Under the pieces are notes generated by a model. The model was not told the origin of the DNA. It made no database searches and saw only the letters and a list, made by a program, of their open reading frames with translations. Below are positions 21,848 through 33,855 of a stretch of DNA of 35,141 bases, piece by piece. Made by a program: the position numbers and the translations under genes. This DNA is from Octopus bimaculoides (lineage: Eukaryota): the NCBI RefSeq assembly GCF_001194135.2, contig NC_068988.1, forward strand, positions 81,154,956 through 81,190,096, given 5' to 3'. The first letter of the stretch is position 1; each line of letters starts with the position of its first letter.

Positions 21848-24300
21848 GTTTCAAATTTTGCCACAAGGGCAACAATTTGGGGGGAGGGGATGAGTCAATT
21901 ACATTGACTCCAATGTTCAACTGGTACTTATTTTATTGACCCTGGAAAGATGAAAGGCAAAGTGAACCTTGGCTGAATTTGAACTCAGAATGTAGCGATG
22001 GGAAAAAATACCGCTAAGCATTTTGTCCAGCATGCTAACAATTCTGCCAGTTTGCTGCCTTAATAATAATAATGATAATAATAATAATAATTCTTTCTAC
22101 TGAAATTTGGGGGAGGGAACTAGTTGATTATACTGACCCCAGTCTTTCACTGGTACTTAATTTATCGACCCCCAAAGGATGAATGACAAAGTCGCCCCCA
22201 GCAGAATTTGAACTCAGAACATAAGGACAGGTGAAATGCTGCCTTCCTTTTTACTATAGGCACAAACCTGAAATTTTTTGGAGAGGCAGCTTGTCAATTA
22301 TTGGTACTTAATTTATCAACCCCCAAAAAGATGGAAGGCAAAATTGACCTCAGTGGAATTTGAACTCAACATAAAATCAGATAAAAATGCTTAGCATTCT
22401 GTCCAGTGTGCTAATGCTTCTGCCAGTTTGCTACCTTAATAATCCTTTCTCCTAAAGGCATAAGGTCTGAAATTTTGGGGGAGAGGACTGGTCGATTACA
22501 CTGACCCCAGTGTTTCACTGGTACTTAATTTATTGACCCCAAAAGTTGGCCTCGGTGGAATTTGAACTCAGAATGTAGCAACAGTGAAATACCGCTAAGC
22601 GTTTCATCCAGTATGCTAATGATTCTGCCAGCTTGCTGCTTTAATAATAATAATAATGGTTTCAAATTTTGGCACAAGGCCAGAAATTTTTGGGGAGGGG
22701 GTAAGCTGATTAGATCAACCCAAGGATTCAACTGGTACTTATTTTATCGATCCTAAAAGGATGGAAAGGCAAAGTCAACCTTGGTGGAATTTGAACTCAG
22801 AATGTAAAGACGGACAAAATGCTACTAAGCATTTTGCCTGGCATACTAAAGATTCTGCCAGCTTGCAATAATAACAATAATAATCCTTTCTACTATAAGC
22901 ACAAGGCCTGAAATTGTTGAGAAGAAGAAGCAAGTCGATTACATCGATCCCAGCACTTCATTGGGACATATTCCATCAACCCCAAAAGGATGAAAAGTAA
23001 AGTTGACATCAGAGGAATTGGAACTCAGAATGTAAAGAGCAGGAAGAAATGCTGCTAACCATTTTGTCCAGCATGCTCCCAATTCTGTCTACTTGCCACC
23101 TTTGTATAATATTAATATTGGTTTCAAATTTTGGGAGAAGGGGCAAGTCAATTGTATCAACCCCAGTGCTGAACTGAAAGGATGAAAAGCAGAATATGAA
23201 CTCAGAGCATAAAGATGGATGAAATGCCACTAAGCATTTGTCTAGTGTGCTAATGATTCTGACAGCTGTCTGTCTTATCAATAATAATGGTTTCAAATTT
23301 TAGCATAAGGCCAGTAATTTTAGGATAAGTCAATTACATTGATCACAGTGCTTAACTGGTACTTATTTTATCAACCACTGAAGGGATTAAAAAAGCAAAG
23401 TGGTGTTTAAACGCAGACTGTAAAGAATGATGAAATGCTGTTAAGCACTTTGCCTGTTGTGCTGATGATTCTGCCAGCTCGTTCCCTTAAATAATAATTA
23501 TAAACCTTTCAACTAAAGGCATAAGGCCTGAAATTTTGGGGGAGGAGACTAGTCGATTACGTTGATCCCAGTGCATAACTGGTACTTAATTTATTGACTC
23601 TGAAAGAATGACAGGCAAAGTTGACCTTGGTGGAATTTGAACCCAGAATAAGAATAATAATAATAACAATGGTTTCAAATTTTTAGCATAAGGCCATTGG
23701 GAGAGGGGTTAAGTGGATTACTTCGACCCCAGTGCTCAACTGTTACTTATATCATCAACCCCAGCAGGATTTGAACTAAGAACATAAAGATGAACAAAAT
23801 GCCACTAAGCGCTTTGCTTGGTGTGCTAACAATTCTGACAGGACACCACCTTAGATAATAATCATTATAATAATTCTTTCTACTCTGGCACAAGGCCAGC
23901 AATTTTGAGAGAATAAGGCAAGTCTGTTACCTCAATCCCAGGACTTGATTGTTAGTGTATTTTATTGACACCAGAAGGATAATAATGAAGGGGATTAGTT
24001 GATTAAATTGGTCCCAGTACTTCATTAGTGCTATATCATTTTATTGACTCCAAAAGAATGAAAGATAAAGTTCATTTTGACAAAATCTGAATTCACAACA
24101 TAAAACACCAGAGCAAACATTACAAGGCATTTCCTCCAAAATGCAAATGCTTCTGACAATCCACTTATTAATTTAGGCACAAAGGTCAGTAATTTTGAGG
24201 GAAGGGTTAGTAGTAGGTTACATTCACTTGATAACTGGGCTGCTACTTTACTTTACTGACCCTGGGGTTATGAATGACAAAGTTGATTTCATCGTTATTT
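21725..24300 (-). repeat. Head-to-tail array of ~13 tRNA-derived SINE copies separated by (AAT)n
   Basis: Repeating ~200-nt unit: tail-side (ggtttcaaattttggcacaagg or cctttctact..aggcacaaggcctgaaatt), core ctggtacttattttatcgacccc..aaggatgaaaggcaaagt, B-box gaatttgaactcagaa, A-box ctaacgattctgccagc. Confidence 0.92.
21784..21846. repeat. (AAT)n microsatellite
   Basis: Direct inspection. Confidence 0.98.
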
Positions 24301-24542
24301 TTAAGTTGTTACTACTACTACTACTTGTAGTAGTAAGAGATAAATTGTTGGGGATATTATAAATGCAAAATATTTAGAAAAAAATAAATAAAAACGATAA
24401 GTAAAAATCACCAGGGAATTTACATGGAGCAAAAAAAGGTGAGATCAACAGTAACAAAACAAATAATAATAATAATAATGATAATAATAATAATAATAAT
24501 AAAATTTTAAAAGGATTGATGTAACTCTTCACAAAGGTAAAC

Positions 24543-24966
24543 AGACAAGACAAAGAGTGTGATGCAAATGCAATAGATATTTTATTAGTTGAACAATATT
24601 TTGACAGCAAGCCTGTCTTTGTTGAGTTCAAAATAAAAAGTGATAAAAATTCAAGATTATAGAAATTCAGATCTAAAATATGAACAAGAGCAACCAGCAT
24701 CCACATGTTGATGGAATGACATCGTCAGTCTTTAAGTTTCAATTTTATAACTGGCGGAAAGAAAAAGACAGAAAAAAAGACTGGTGATGTTATTCCATCA
24801 ACGTGTGGATGCTGGTTGCTCTCATTCACATTTTAGATTTGAATTTCTATAATTTTGAATTTTTATCACTTTCTATTTTGAACTCAACAAAGACAGGCTT
24901 GCTGTGGAAATACCGTTCAACCAATAAAATATCTATTGCAACTGCATTGCGCTCTTTGTTTTGTCT
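24543..24966. mobile_element. Fold-back/MITE-like element: 191-bp inverted arms (24543-24733, 24776-24966)
   Basis: Manual alignment gives ~21 mismatches in 191 (~89%), mostly transitions, with a 42-nt spacer. The ORF track shows mirror peptides MWMLVAL.HILDLNFYN on both strands. Confidence 0.88.
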
Positions 24967-24984
24967 AATAATAATGATAATAAT

Positions 24985-25490
24985 GATTTCATTTATTTGC
25001 CACAAGGGCGAAGGATGAGAAGGACAATACAAAGACAGACATAAAGTGTTGGGGTTCACATATAATGAAATGATAAAAAAAATAGAGAGAAAGAAACTAA
25101 GTATACATGGTATACACTGAAAAAGAAGCAACATATGCATAGCATACAAAGGTTAACAAATAAAAAAGGGGGTGGGGAGGATGATAGAGATGTGGCCCTC
25201 CTGATACAGGAAAGCCTCTAGGGATAATCAAGGAACCCCACTGTCCAAGATTTCCCTGAAATCCCAAGAGCAAGTGCCCTCTTCAATTCTTTCTCTTTGA
25301 CTCACAGGTCTACACTTTGAGAGGTACCATCCACTCTTGCCATTTTTGCAACTTTCACTCACCTTTCAATAAACTCAAGCACAGCACATCCCTCTTCACT
25401 CTCAATTTCCTTTTCAAATGAAGCTTGAAGAAGTCACTGAGAGCTCTACCAAAGAGGGATGTATCTGTCCTCAAGCCTTTCAGCCTTAAT
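24985..25490 (-). mobile_element. Probable Tx1/L1-like LINE 3' end
   Basis: LRLKGLRTDTSLFGRALSDFFKLHLKRKLRVKR...FIER*VKVAKMARV followed by a UTR and a (TAT)-like tail. Family assignment is from recall only. Confidence 0.45.
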
Positions 25491-26439
25491 AATAATTAGT
25501 GGGACCCGTGAAAATTCTACAGAATGAAAAAGATTAAGAGAAGCTATTTAAGAAAGGATGATTTTTATTTTTATTTTGCTAAGTTATTTCACTTCCAGTC
25601 ACAAAACAATACGATTTAAAAATTTTCCTCTGCTAAGCACTTTATATTTCTCTCTTTTACTCTACTTCTTCAACAAACTTTTTAACCATGTAATTCTCCT
25701 CTTCCTGTCTTTAACATTTCTCTTTCTCTTCATCTTTCACTTCCACTAACCACATGAGTGACTGGTTATCTGTTATCTCACTCACTCTCACATTCCCTCT
25801 TATTCTCTCTCACTCCACTTCCTCCTCCTCTCTAACAAAATAAAGCATAAAGTGTGAATGAACAGGTAGAAGAATAATAATATAGAATTAGTTCAGTAAA
25901 AAGAAAAAACTTTTCACTATCAACACACAACCACCATCACTATCACTATAGTTTTCAGTAACAAAGTTCATTTCATTTCACTTCAGTCCAGCTGTTTGTT
26001 TATATCTACTTTTTCTTGCTGTCAATGTATCTCTACTCTAATACTACAAACACTATCTGTCTGTCTGTCGGTCACTCTCTCTCTTAATGTAACTACCTCC
26101 CCTGTCCATCTCTCTCTATTTACCTTTCTTTGACCTCACCACCCAAAACATCATTCTCTGTTAAACATTGCATCCTAAACATATCTCTTTCTCTTTACCT
26201 TTCCCTCCCCACCCTACAGAACGTTGTTAACATTTATCTCTCCTTCTTTTCTCTTAACTTTTTCTCTTGCTCTTTGCCTCTCCCTTCAACTAACCATGTG
26301 ATGCATTTGGCCTTATTATACATCTTTCTGTACTTCTTCCTCACTTCCTTTTTCTCTACTCATACTCCTCCTCTCTCACTTTCACTTTTACTCTACCTCC
26401 ACATCTCTAACAAACGAACAAGCAGATTATTATACAGAT

Positions 26440-27060
26440 GGTTTCAAATTTTGGCACAAGGCCAGTAGTTTTGGGGGAAAGGAATAAGTCGATTACACCG
26501 ATCCCAGTGTTCAATTGGAACTTATTTTATCGACCTTGAAAAGATGAAAGGCAAAGTCAACATTGGCAGAATTTGAACTCAGAACATGAGGACAGACTAA
26601 ATGCCACTAAGCATGCCAGCTCACCACCCTACAATAATAATGATGATGATAATGATAATGGTTTCAAATTCTGGCAGATGGTCAGCAAATTTGGGGGAGG
26701 AGACTAGTTGATTACATTGACCCCAGTACTAAACTGATACTTATTTTATTGACCCTGAAAGGATGAAAGGCAAAGTAAACTTTGGTGGCATTTGAACTCA
26801 GAACGTAAAGATAGTTGAAATACCACAAGGCATTTTTGCCCAGCACAGTTATAATTCTGCCAGCTTACCACCTTGATGATAATAATAATAACCCATACTA
26901 CTATCGGAACAAGGCCTGAAATTTTGGAGGAGGGAGGCAAGTCATTTACATTGGCCCCAGTGTTCAATTGGTACTTATTTTATCAACCCCCAAAAGGATG
27001 AAAAACCAAGTTGACCTTAACAGAATTTGAACTCAGAATGTAAAATCAGAAGAAATGTTG
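26440..27060 (-). repeat. Three more tandem SINE copies of the array family
   Basis: Units beginning at ~26440, ~26660 and ~26895 with the same core and boxes. Confidence 0.88.
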
Positions 27061-28129
27061 CTCACTCCTTGGAGTGAGCAACTTATATATCTTAGAAATT
27101 CCTTATATTAGATGGTCAAGCTTCTTAACTTCCACAGCCACTTCTACCTCAGACTATATTTAACCTTCTATCTAATGTTAGTAATTCTCACGATATCAGT
27201 TCAACTTCAGGCAGACATCATCACCAGAACCATAAAGACAGATTTTCTATAGATATATTCTCCACAGAAAAGTGGTAGAAAGAAAACAAGAAAATATAAT
27301 TGTTATCAGTTGTTGTTCATGTAGAATAATTTCCAATTCAATTTAAGCTCCACATGTATCAGACTCTTATACTATTGCAACAAAAATAGATTTTTTTTAT
27401 TTACCCAATCATACAAACTTGCTAGAAAATTAGATCTCTATAAAGAATTTCTCCATAAAAAAACTTAAAAAGGAATACAAAATAAACAAAAAACTATTTC
27501 TGAAGCAAAACTGTGTAGAGCTAGTAATGTTGACACAAAGATTTACTGTCATCATCAATTATCATTAAACTGCTTCACAATCAGTTCTTACAGACTGCTC
27601 AACTAATGTATGCCAAGACAATGTATTTTTTGCATCAAGTTATTGCTATGTATTTGCTATATACAACTTGCTTGTTTGCTTAATTAGGTAAAACAAATGA
27701 AAATAGGATAAAGAGAATAAAATATTCTATTTCTCTGGTTTCTAAGATAAATTACTGAAACTTCCTTTTATATCACAATACAATTTAGGTTAAAACTCAA
27801 ATTTAGCAAAGGAATGTATCTTCTGTTGTCAGACACGATGACAAACCTGCCACAGAATTTGTGTGCCAAATCTTGATAATTACAGGATTTGTGTGCATCA
27901 TTCCATCAATATACTTCTAAAAGATAATAATCCATGAGGTTTATTAATTCTTACAAGAATACAAGGGTCTTTAAAACACAAGCAACATCGAAAAAATTTG
28001 TTTCTAATTCTCAGTCAGTCTTTTGTTTCAAGAAACTAGGAGAACCCTAGTATTAGACTGGTACATATTGATCCCAGAAGGATGAAAGTGGACTTCAATG
28101 GGATTTAAAATATTAAGTATTAGAACTAA

Positions 28130-28345
28130 ATATTGATCTCAAATGTTGACACAAGGCCAGCAATTTTGGGAGAGGGTTAAGTCAATTATATCAACCCCCA
28201 GTGTTCAACTGGTACTTACTTTATTGGTCCTGAAAGGATGAAAGGCAAAGTCAACCTCAGTGGAATTTGAACTCAGAACGTGAAGACATGAAATGCCACT
28301 AAGCGTTTTGCCTGGCATGCTAACGATTCTGCCAGCTTGCCATCT
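28130..28345 (-). mobile_element. SINE (array family)
   Basis: Near-complete unit ...aactggtacttac...gaatttgaactcagaacg...gctaacgattctgccagc. Confidence 0.88.
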
Positions 28346-28699
28346 TACTAGAACTAAATATTGCAAGGCATTTCGTCACTGTTAATATGTTAGTCATAGA
28401 AAGGTTAATTCATTACTTTTGCAGGCCCAGATTGGTGTGGATAAAACCCCACTTAAAAAGAGGCAAGCTCCACGAGAAAATCATAGGCAGAAAGGGGACA
28501 AGAGCAGTGAGTTGTAGAAGTAGCATCTGGTTGAACACTTCAAGAAGGATAAATCCTTAATAGGTATCCAAGGACAGATGTTGGTGTTAAATCAGACCCC
28601 ATTAAAAAAATCAAAGGACCAGGCACTGGTGTTGAACCAGACCTGATTTAATCTGAAGAAAAGATGTTAATCTAGCTCTTGAGATATTTCATGAATAAT

Positions 28700-31130
28700 C
28701 ATTACGTGAACACAACTCCAACATCAAAAATCTCAAAGCAGGCACTGAGATCATTGATATATAAAAGCATAGATGTTGACTTGCTTGCAGACAAGTACAT
28801 GAAGCAATCTGCTGTCCACTGTAGAACATACAACTTGCCTATGGTTTCAGAGGTGGCAGTAATCACACTAGAGATAAATGCTGGCAACAATGATGTTAGG
28901 TTCAGTGCTGAGATGGAAGATTCCAGAGAATTAATAAGCTTTACCAAGTTTACAATCCTCTGTTTTGTACTGCACTTCCTACATGGTGATGATGGCTAGC
29001 AGTTTGGACTGAAGATCATCAATCACAATTTGATACCAATACATTTGTCATGTTGGTTCCAGATGTAACAGGATTATTTCAGTACTACCATGAAGAAAAC
29101 AATTCATGCAGCCATATGGAGTTGTTGCACAGGTAAAAATTGAGTACAACAAACTGTCCTGATCCAAGAACAACTAATCTGCAATATGGGTCTGTTTGAT
29201 GAAATAATATTGTCAATGTTGGCCAAGAGATTATCCTGTTACCATTATTATATGACAATAAACTCTTTTACAATGGATGTTTCTGAAACTGAATGACAGT
29301 CATCTGGTATTATGATAAACCAACTTTCTTCATTATTAAGACCACTCAATTCTAAGTGACAAGAAATGACAACTACTGTCAATCCAAAAAAGAAGACCTG
29401 GGATTAACCTAATCTGTGTAAGAGCTTACAGAACATAATATGGTAGTCTTTTTGATGAAGACAAAAATCACTCAAAGAGACTGACAAACAAGGTGATGTT
29501 CAGTGAAATTCTAGACAAAAGAAGAAGAATCTTGAAGCAGTATTCCACCACTTTGGCAAAAAAGAGACAGAAAGAAAAAATCATACATGACCCCTGTGTT
29601 TCCATCTAGCCAAAAAGCTTCCATTGGAGGATTATAGCCAAAACTGACACTGTACTAAAAAATTCCCAAAGTTTCTTGGAAACTTCACAATTGTAGGCAA
29701 GAATTCATATCTTCAATGCCAATAAAGATCTGCTGAGAAGAGAGGCCACATCCATGAAATCAGGCCAGAGAACTGGGCAGAAGATCAAACTGGACAACCA
29801 GTGGACTATATCATACTATCTACTCCTTTCCTTGCCACATTAATAAAGTGTCCAGGCTGTGAAATATGTCTATAAATAAAGGAACGGTCAGGTCACATTT
29901 ACTTCCAGAAATGAGCCTGGGAAAATGGAAGAAGTAGATAATGATAACAAGATTTTTACCAATACATGATATATGTTAACCAGCCAGCCTTTCTGGAGAG
30001 TCTATCAGTTACTGTTTCACAACAGAAAGCCTCTTGTTGAGAAGCTGCCCTGATAACTGCTTGGAGAATAAATAGTCCTGTATAATGTGGGGGAAGAGAC
30101 AGATGTAGTGCCCTAAGGAGTACTAAGTTGATGGACAACTTCCATCTGAATGCACACAACTCTGAAGTACAAGGTGTTTTCTACCCATTTCCATGTATCT
30201 ATCTGGAAGGATAAAGAATGGTAAAGATACAGAAAGCTGAATGAGAATAATTAGCTGATGGTTAAATCCTCCTAACAATCTTATTCAGCTGTGTCTAAGT
30301 TGAGGTTTATTATCTGCAAATTATGCCATCACAAGAAAGGTGCAACCTTGTATCAGGACTTGCATATATTCCAAGGCAGTGAATATGTAACACTTCAATA
30401 TCTATGCTGTACTCCTTGATAATGATGATTATAGTGAGAGAACTAGGACCATGGAAGAAGTTTTGGCTAAAGTTTAGAGAAATTTTACATATGATCCTTC
30501 TTTTTATATGTCTGTTGGCATCCTGGTATTTTGGAACAGGAAAAAAAGCAAAGGGACAAATATGTTGGAGCTTAAGGTGTACATGATACTACCTAAGAAT
30601 CAGGAGCAGTTTGAGCTCAAATGAAAGGATCTACATTTCAAGAATGGGCTGCTATAGCTTGACCTGAACATGGCTGTTCTGCATCCTGAGTGGGAAGATG
30701 GGTCTAAAGTGGTGCAGCTGGAAGCAAATATGAAAGAGGTGCTGCCAACATTGAATTCAGAATAGTGGTTATTTGCTTTTTTCAAGTGTTCACCCCATTG
30801 AATAACAAATAAAGCAAAATATTCGACTTAAATACAAGTGGTAACACCAGCAAGACGTATGTAATTACCATGTTCACAAATGCAGTATCTGTTGAAAGGA
30901 ATGACAGTACTCCAGTCTGGTGACTGGAAATAAATCTTGGACATAAGTGGTACAAGTGAAACTGGAGAGGTCAGAAATTTTGAAGCCAAGGAGATTTTTG
31001 GAGCTTATGGCCAAATAGTAGATGATTGCTGCCACCAGTGCTGAAGATATGATGTCCACTACAAAAGTTGCAGTGTCTTGAGAGTGGACAAATTAAATGT
31101 GAATGACCTACTTAGTCTGTAACTGGAAGC
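28700..31130 (+). mobile_element. Heavily degenerate Helitron (Rep plus helicase relic)
   Basis: Motifs appear in the correct order across frameshifts: YNLPMVSEVAV, LHFLHGDDG*, VGQEIIL, KPTFFI, IHDPC, KKFPK, LDNQW...CHIN, AVKYVYK, FWRVY, HHKKGAT, Walker-A-like LNTSGNTSKTYVI, and motif-III-like TVLQSGDWK*IL. Boundaries are approximate. Confidence 0.75.
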
Positions 31131-31164
31131 AGACATAATAAATATAGTAAGGTAATTATAAATA

Positions 31165-31375
31165 TTGGTTCCAAATTTTGGCACAATGCCAGCAATTTTG
31201 ATGGAGGAGATAAGTTGGTTACATCAACTCCAGTGCTCAACTGGTGCTTATTTTATCAACCCCAAAAGGATCAAAAGCAAAGTTGACCTTGGTGACATTT
31301 GAATGTAAAGACATATGAAATACCACTGAACATTATTACTCAGTGCAGTAATGATCCTACCAACTTGCCGCCTAA
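31165..31375 (-). mobile_element. SINE (array family)
   Basis: ggttccaaattttggcacaatgcc...ctcaactggtgcttattttatcaacccc...caacttgccgcct. Confidence 0.85.
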
Positions 31376-31659
31376 GAGTAATTATAAATATCATCACCCA
31401 ATTAACCATTCTGAGGCTAAACAACCCAATACTGTCCCTGGTTCTATAACACAATTTGCATTTTAAAGTGATCTAAGTTAAAAGCTTTCATCAAAATTTC
31501 ATGCTAATTCATGTTCCAAACACCAGCTTAATGAAGAAAAGTTATTTTACCAGATTTTCAAAATTAACTGAAATAAAGACAGTGCATTTCAACAGAAATA
31601 TGGCAGCAAAAGAATCAAGAAGAGTGGGGGAAAAAGCCCAACTATTTAAGATAGCTCAC

Positions 31660-31765
31660 CATCGTTTAATGTCGAGATTCTTTCTGAGATTGATTATCTG
31701 AGATAGACTATTGTCATCATTAAGGAAGGAATATTCAGATGACTCAGCAGTCATAGGTGACAGGA
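31660..31765 (-). CDS. BIVM: BIVM-like protein, internal coding exon (106 nt, phase 1 to 2)
   Basis: Minus strand: strong acceptor tttttcttttctttttcatag, donor TG|gtgagc. Reads (V)LSPMTAESSEYSFLNDDNSLSQIINLRKNLDIKR(W); the end matches the recalled human BIVM ...IKQRKVLDLRRW. Splices in frame to the exon at 21430. Confidence 0.88.
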
Positions 31766-31789
31766 CTATGAAAAAGAAAAGAAAAAGGA

Positions 31790-32060
31790 TTTAGATATAT
31801 AAAATATATTACATATTAAATTAGATGAATAAAATATATTGTATTATTAGATGTATAAAACATTGTATTAGAGGTATAAAATAGATTATATTAAATATAT
31901 AAAATATATTGTATCAGATGTATAAAATATGTTAGATAAATAAAAATAGATGTATAAACTATACTGAATTAGATATAGAAAACAGGTGCACAAAATATAT
32001 TACATTAAATGTACAAAGTTAAAATATACTATATAAAATATATCGATGTATAAAACATTA
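31790..32060. repeat. Degenerate AT-rich minisatellite (~22-25-nt unit, tattagatgtataaaatatattg-like)
   Basis: Recurrent agatgtataaaa / ataaaatatatt motifs. Confidence 0.65.
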
Positions 32061-32186
32061 TTATCACATACTTCCAAATACTAATTGCACCATGATCTCT
32101 TTTAATAGAATTTTGTCAAAAACTAAACATTGGTATAAACTCAACACTAGTTCTGATGAAAATTATAGAAATCTAAACCTCTACAG

Positions 32187-32579
32187 GTGCAGGCATGGCT
32201 GTGTGGTAAGAAGCTTGCTACCCAACCACATGGTTCTGGGTTCAGTCCCACTGTGTGGCACCTTGAGCAAGTGTCTTATACTATAGGCTCTGGCCAACCA
32301 AAGCCTTATGAGTGAATTTGGTAAATGGAAACTGAAAGAAGCTCATTGTGTACATGTATGTGTGTGTCTTTGTGTCTGTATTTGCCTCCCTCCACTGCTT
32401 GACAACCAGTGTTGGTGTGTTTACAACCCTGTAACTTCAGCAAAAAGAGACCAACAGAATAAGTATCAGGCTTAACAAAAAAATAAGTACTGGGATTGAT
32501 TCAGTCAAATAAAAACTCTTCAAGGTGGTACCCCAGCATAGTTGCAGTCAAATGACTGAAACAAGTAAAAGATAAAAGA
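32187..32579 (+). mobile_element. Full-length tRNA-derived SINE
   Basis: Head ggcatggctgtgtggtaagaag...ggttcagtccc, internal (TG)n, 3' end cagtcaaatgactgaaacaagtaaaaga. Confidence 0.9.
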
Positions 32580-32699
32580 TCATACGATTTATTTAATTCT
32601 GATTTTGTTTTGCAAGAATTTTCATTTGAAACCATGTGCTGAAACCAATACTGTTATATTTGAGAAGAGTCACAATGGATGAACTACAAATAAACTCAC

Positions 32700-32739
32700 C
32701 AGTTGTTGTTTGTCTACATTTTACTTCCCTTTGTTTTCT
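32700..32739 (-). CDS. Candidate upstream BIVM-like exon (40 nt, RKQREVKCRQTTT)
   Basis: Strong donor CTG|gtgagt and moderate acceptor ttaactgctttag. Ends in phase 1, which the 31765 exon requires. No recognisable homology because the BIVM N-terminus is poorly conserved. Confidence 0.35.
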
Positions 32740-32954
32740 CTAAAGCAGTTAATGTTTATGTTCTGAAAAATATTTTTTCTCTACCCTGTTGTGGTTAGAT
32801 ATATTTCTCAATTGTTTATATATATCTTTTCTTTTAAATGCTTGATATACATAGATATATTTAGTTTAACTGTGAGACAAACTACACAACAGGCTTGGTC
32901 TGATCTCAGAATATTGTCAAAATTGTAATACTAAATTTGGATTCTCTTTCTCTT

Positions 32955-33156
32955 TCTCTTTTACTTGTTTCAGTCATTTGACTGCGGCCATGCTGGAGCA
33001 CCGCCTTTAGTCGAGAAAATCGACCCCGGGACTTATTCTTTGGAAGCCTAGTACTTATTCTATTGGTCTCTTTTGCCAAACCGCTAAGTTACGGGGACGT
33101 AAACATACCACCATCGGTTGTCAAGCAATGGTGGGGGGACAAACACAGACACGCAA

Positions 33157-33243
<87 letters not shown>

Positions 33244-33409
33244 TACGACAGGCTTCTTTCAGTTTCCGTCTACCAAATCCACTCACAAGGCTTTGGTCGG
33301 CCCGAGGCTATAGTAGAAGACACTTGCCCAAGGTGCCACGCAGTGGGACTGAACCCGGAACCATGTGGTTGGTAAGCAAGCTACTTAACACACAGCCACT
33401 CCTGCGCCT
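32955..33409 (-). mobile_element. Full-length, CpG-retaining (younger) SINE of the same family with internal (TA)n
   Basis: tcttttacttgtttcagtcatttgactgcggccatgctgg...gggactgaaccc...acacagccactcctgcgcctg is the reverse complement of the 32187 family. Confidence 0.92.
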
Positions 33410-33444
33410 GTAATTTCTTTAAATATATTTAGACATATTGAGGC

Positions 33445-33855
33445 ATAGGTGTGACTGTGTGGTTAAGAAACTTGCTTTTCAGCCATGTAGTATTGGGTTC
33501 AGTCCCACTGTGCAATACCTTGGGCAAGTGTCTTCTACTTTAGCCCTGGGCTGAGTGTGTGTGTGTGTGTGTGTGTGTGTGCATGCGTGCATACACACAC
33601 ATGCATGTATGAGTTTGTACTGTGTAAGCTTGTCTCCACATAATGTGATATTGTAAATGAACATCAGTCATCCAAGTGATGTTGTTTGTTCTTAGTCTTC
33701 CAGTGGAAAACAAGTTGGCAAAGGGAAATAATACTTTGCTTGGAAACAAGTGAGGATTGGTGACAGGAAGGGCATCTAGCCATAAAAATTCTGCCTCAAA
33801 AATTTTATCTGACTCATGCAAGCATGGAAAAGTAGATGTTAAAATGATGGTGTTG
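33445..33855 (+). mobile_element. SINE with tRNA head, (TG)n and RTE-derived tail
   Basis: Head gactgtgtggttaagaaac...gggttcagtccc; tail ggtgacaggaagggcatctagc...catgcaagcatggaaaag. Confidence 0.8.

Noticed and set aside
21725-24300. CRISPR-like or tRNA-cluster reading of the repeat array
   Set aside because: Units are ~200-nt diverged SINEs without unique spacers, the context is eukaryotic, and the heads have A/B boxes but no full cloverleaf.
24374-25018. Two similar ~70-110 aa ORFs on opposite strands (apparent gene duplication)
   Set aside because: Mirror translations of the two arms of the 24543-24966 fold-back element.
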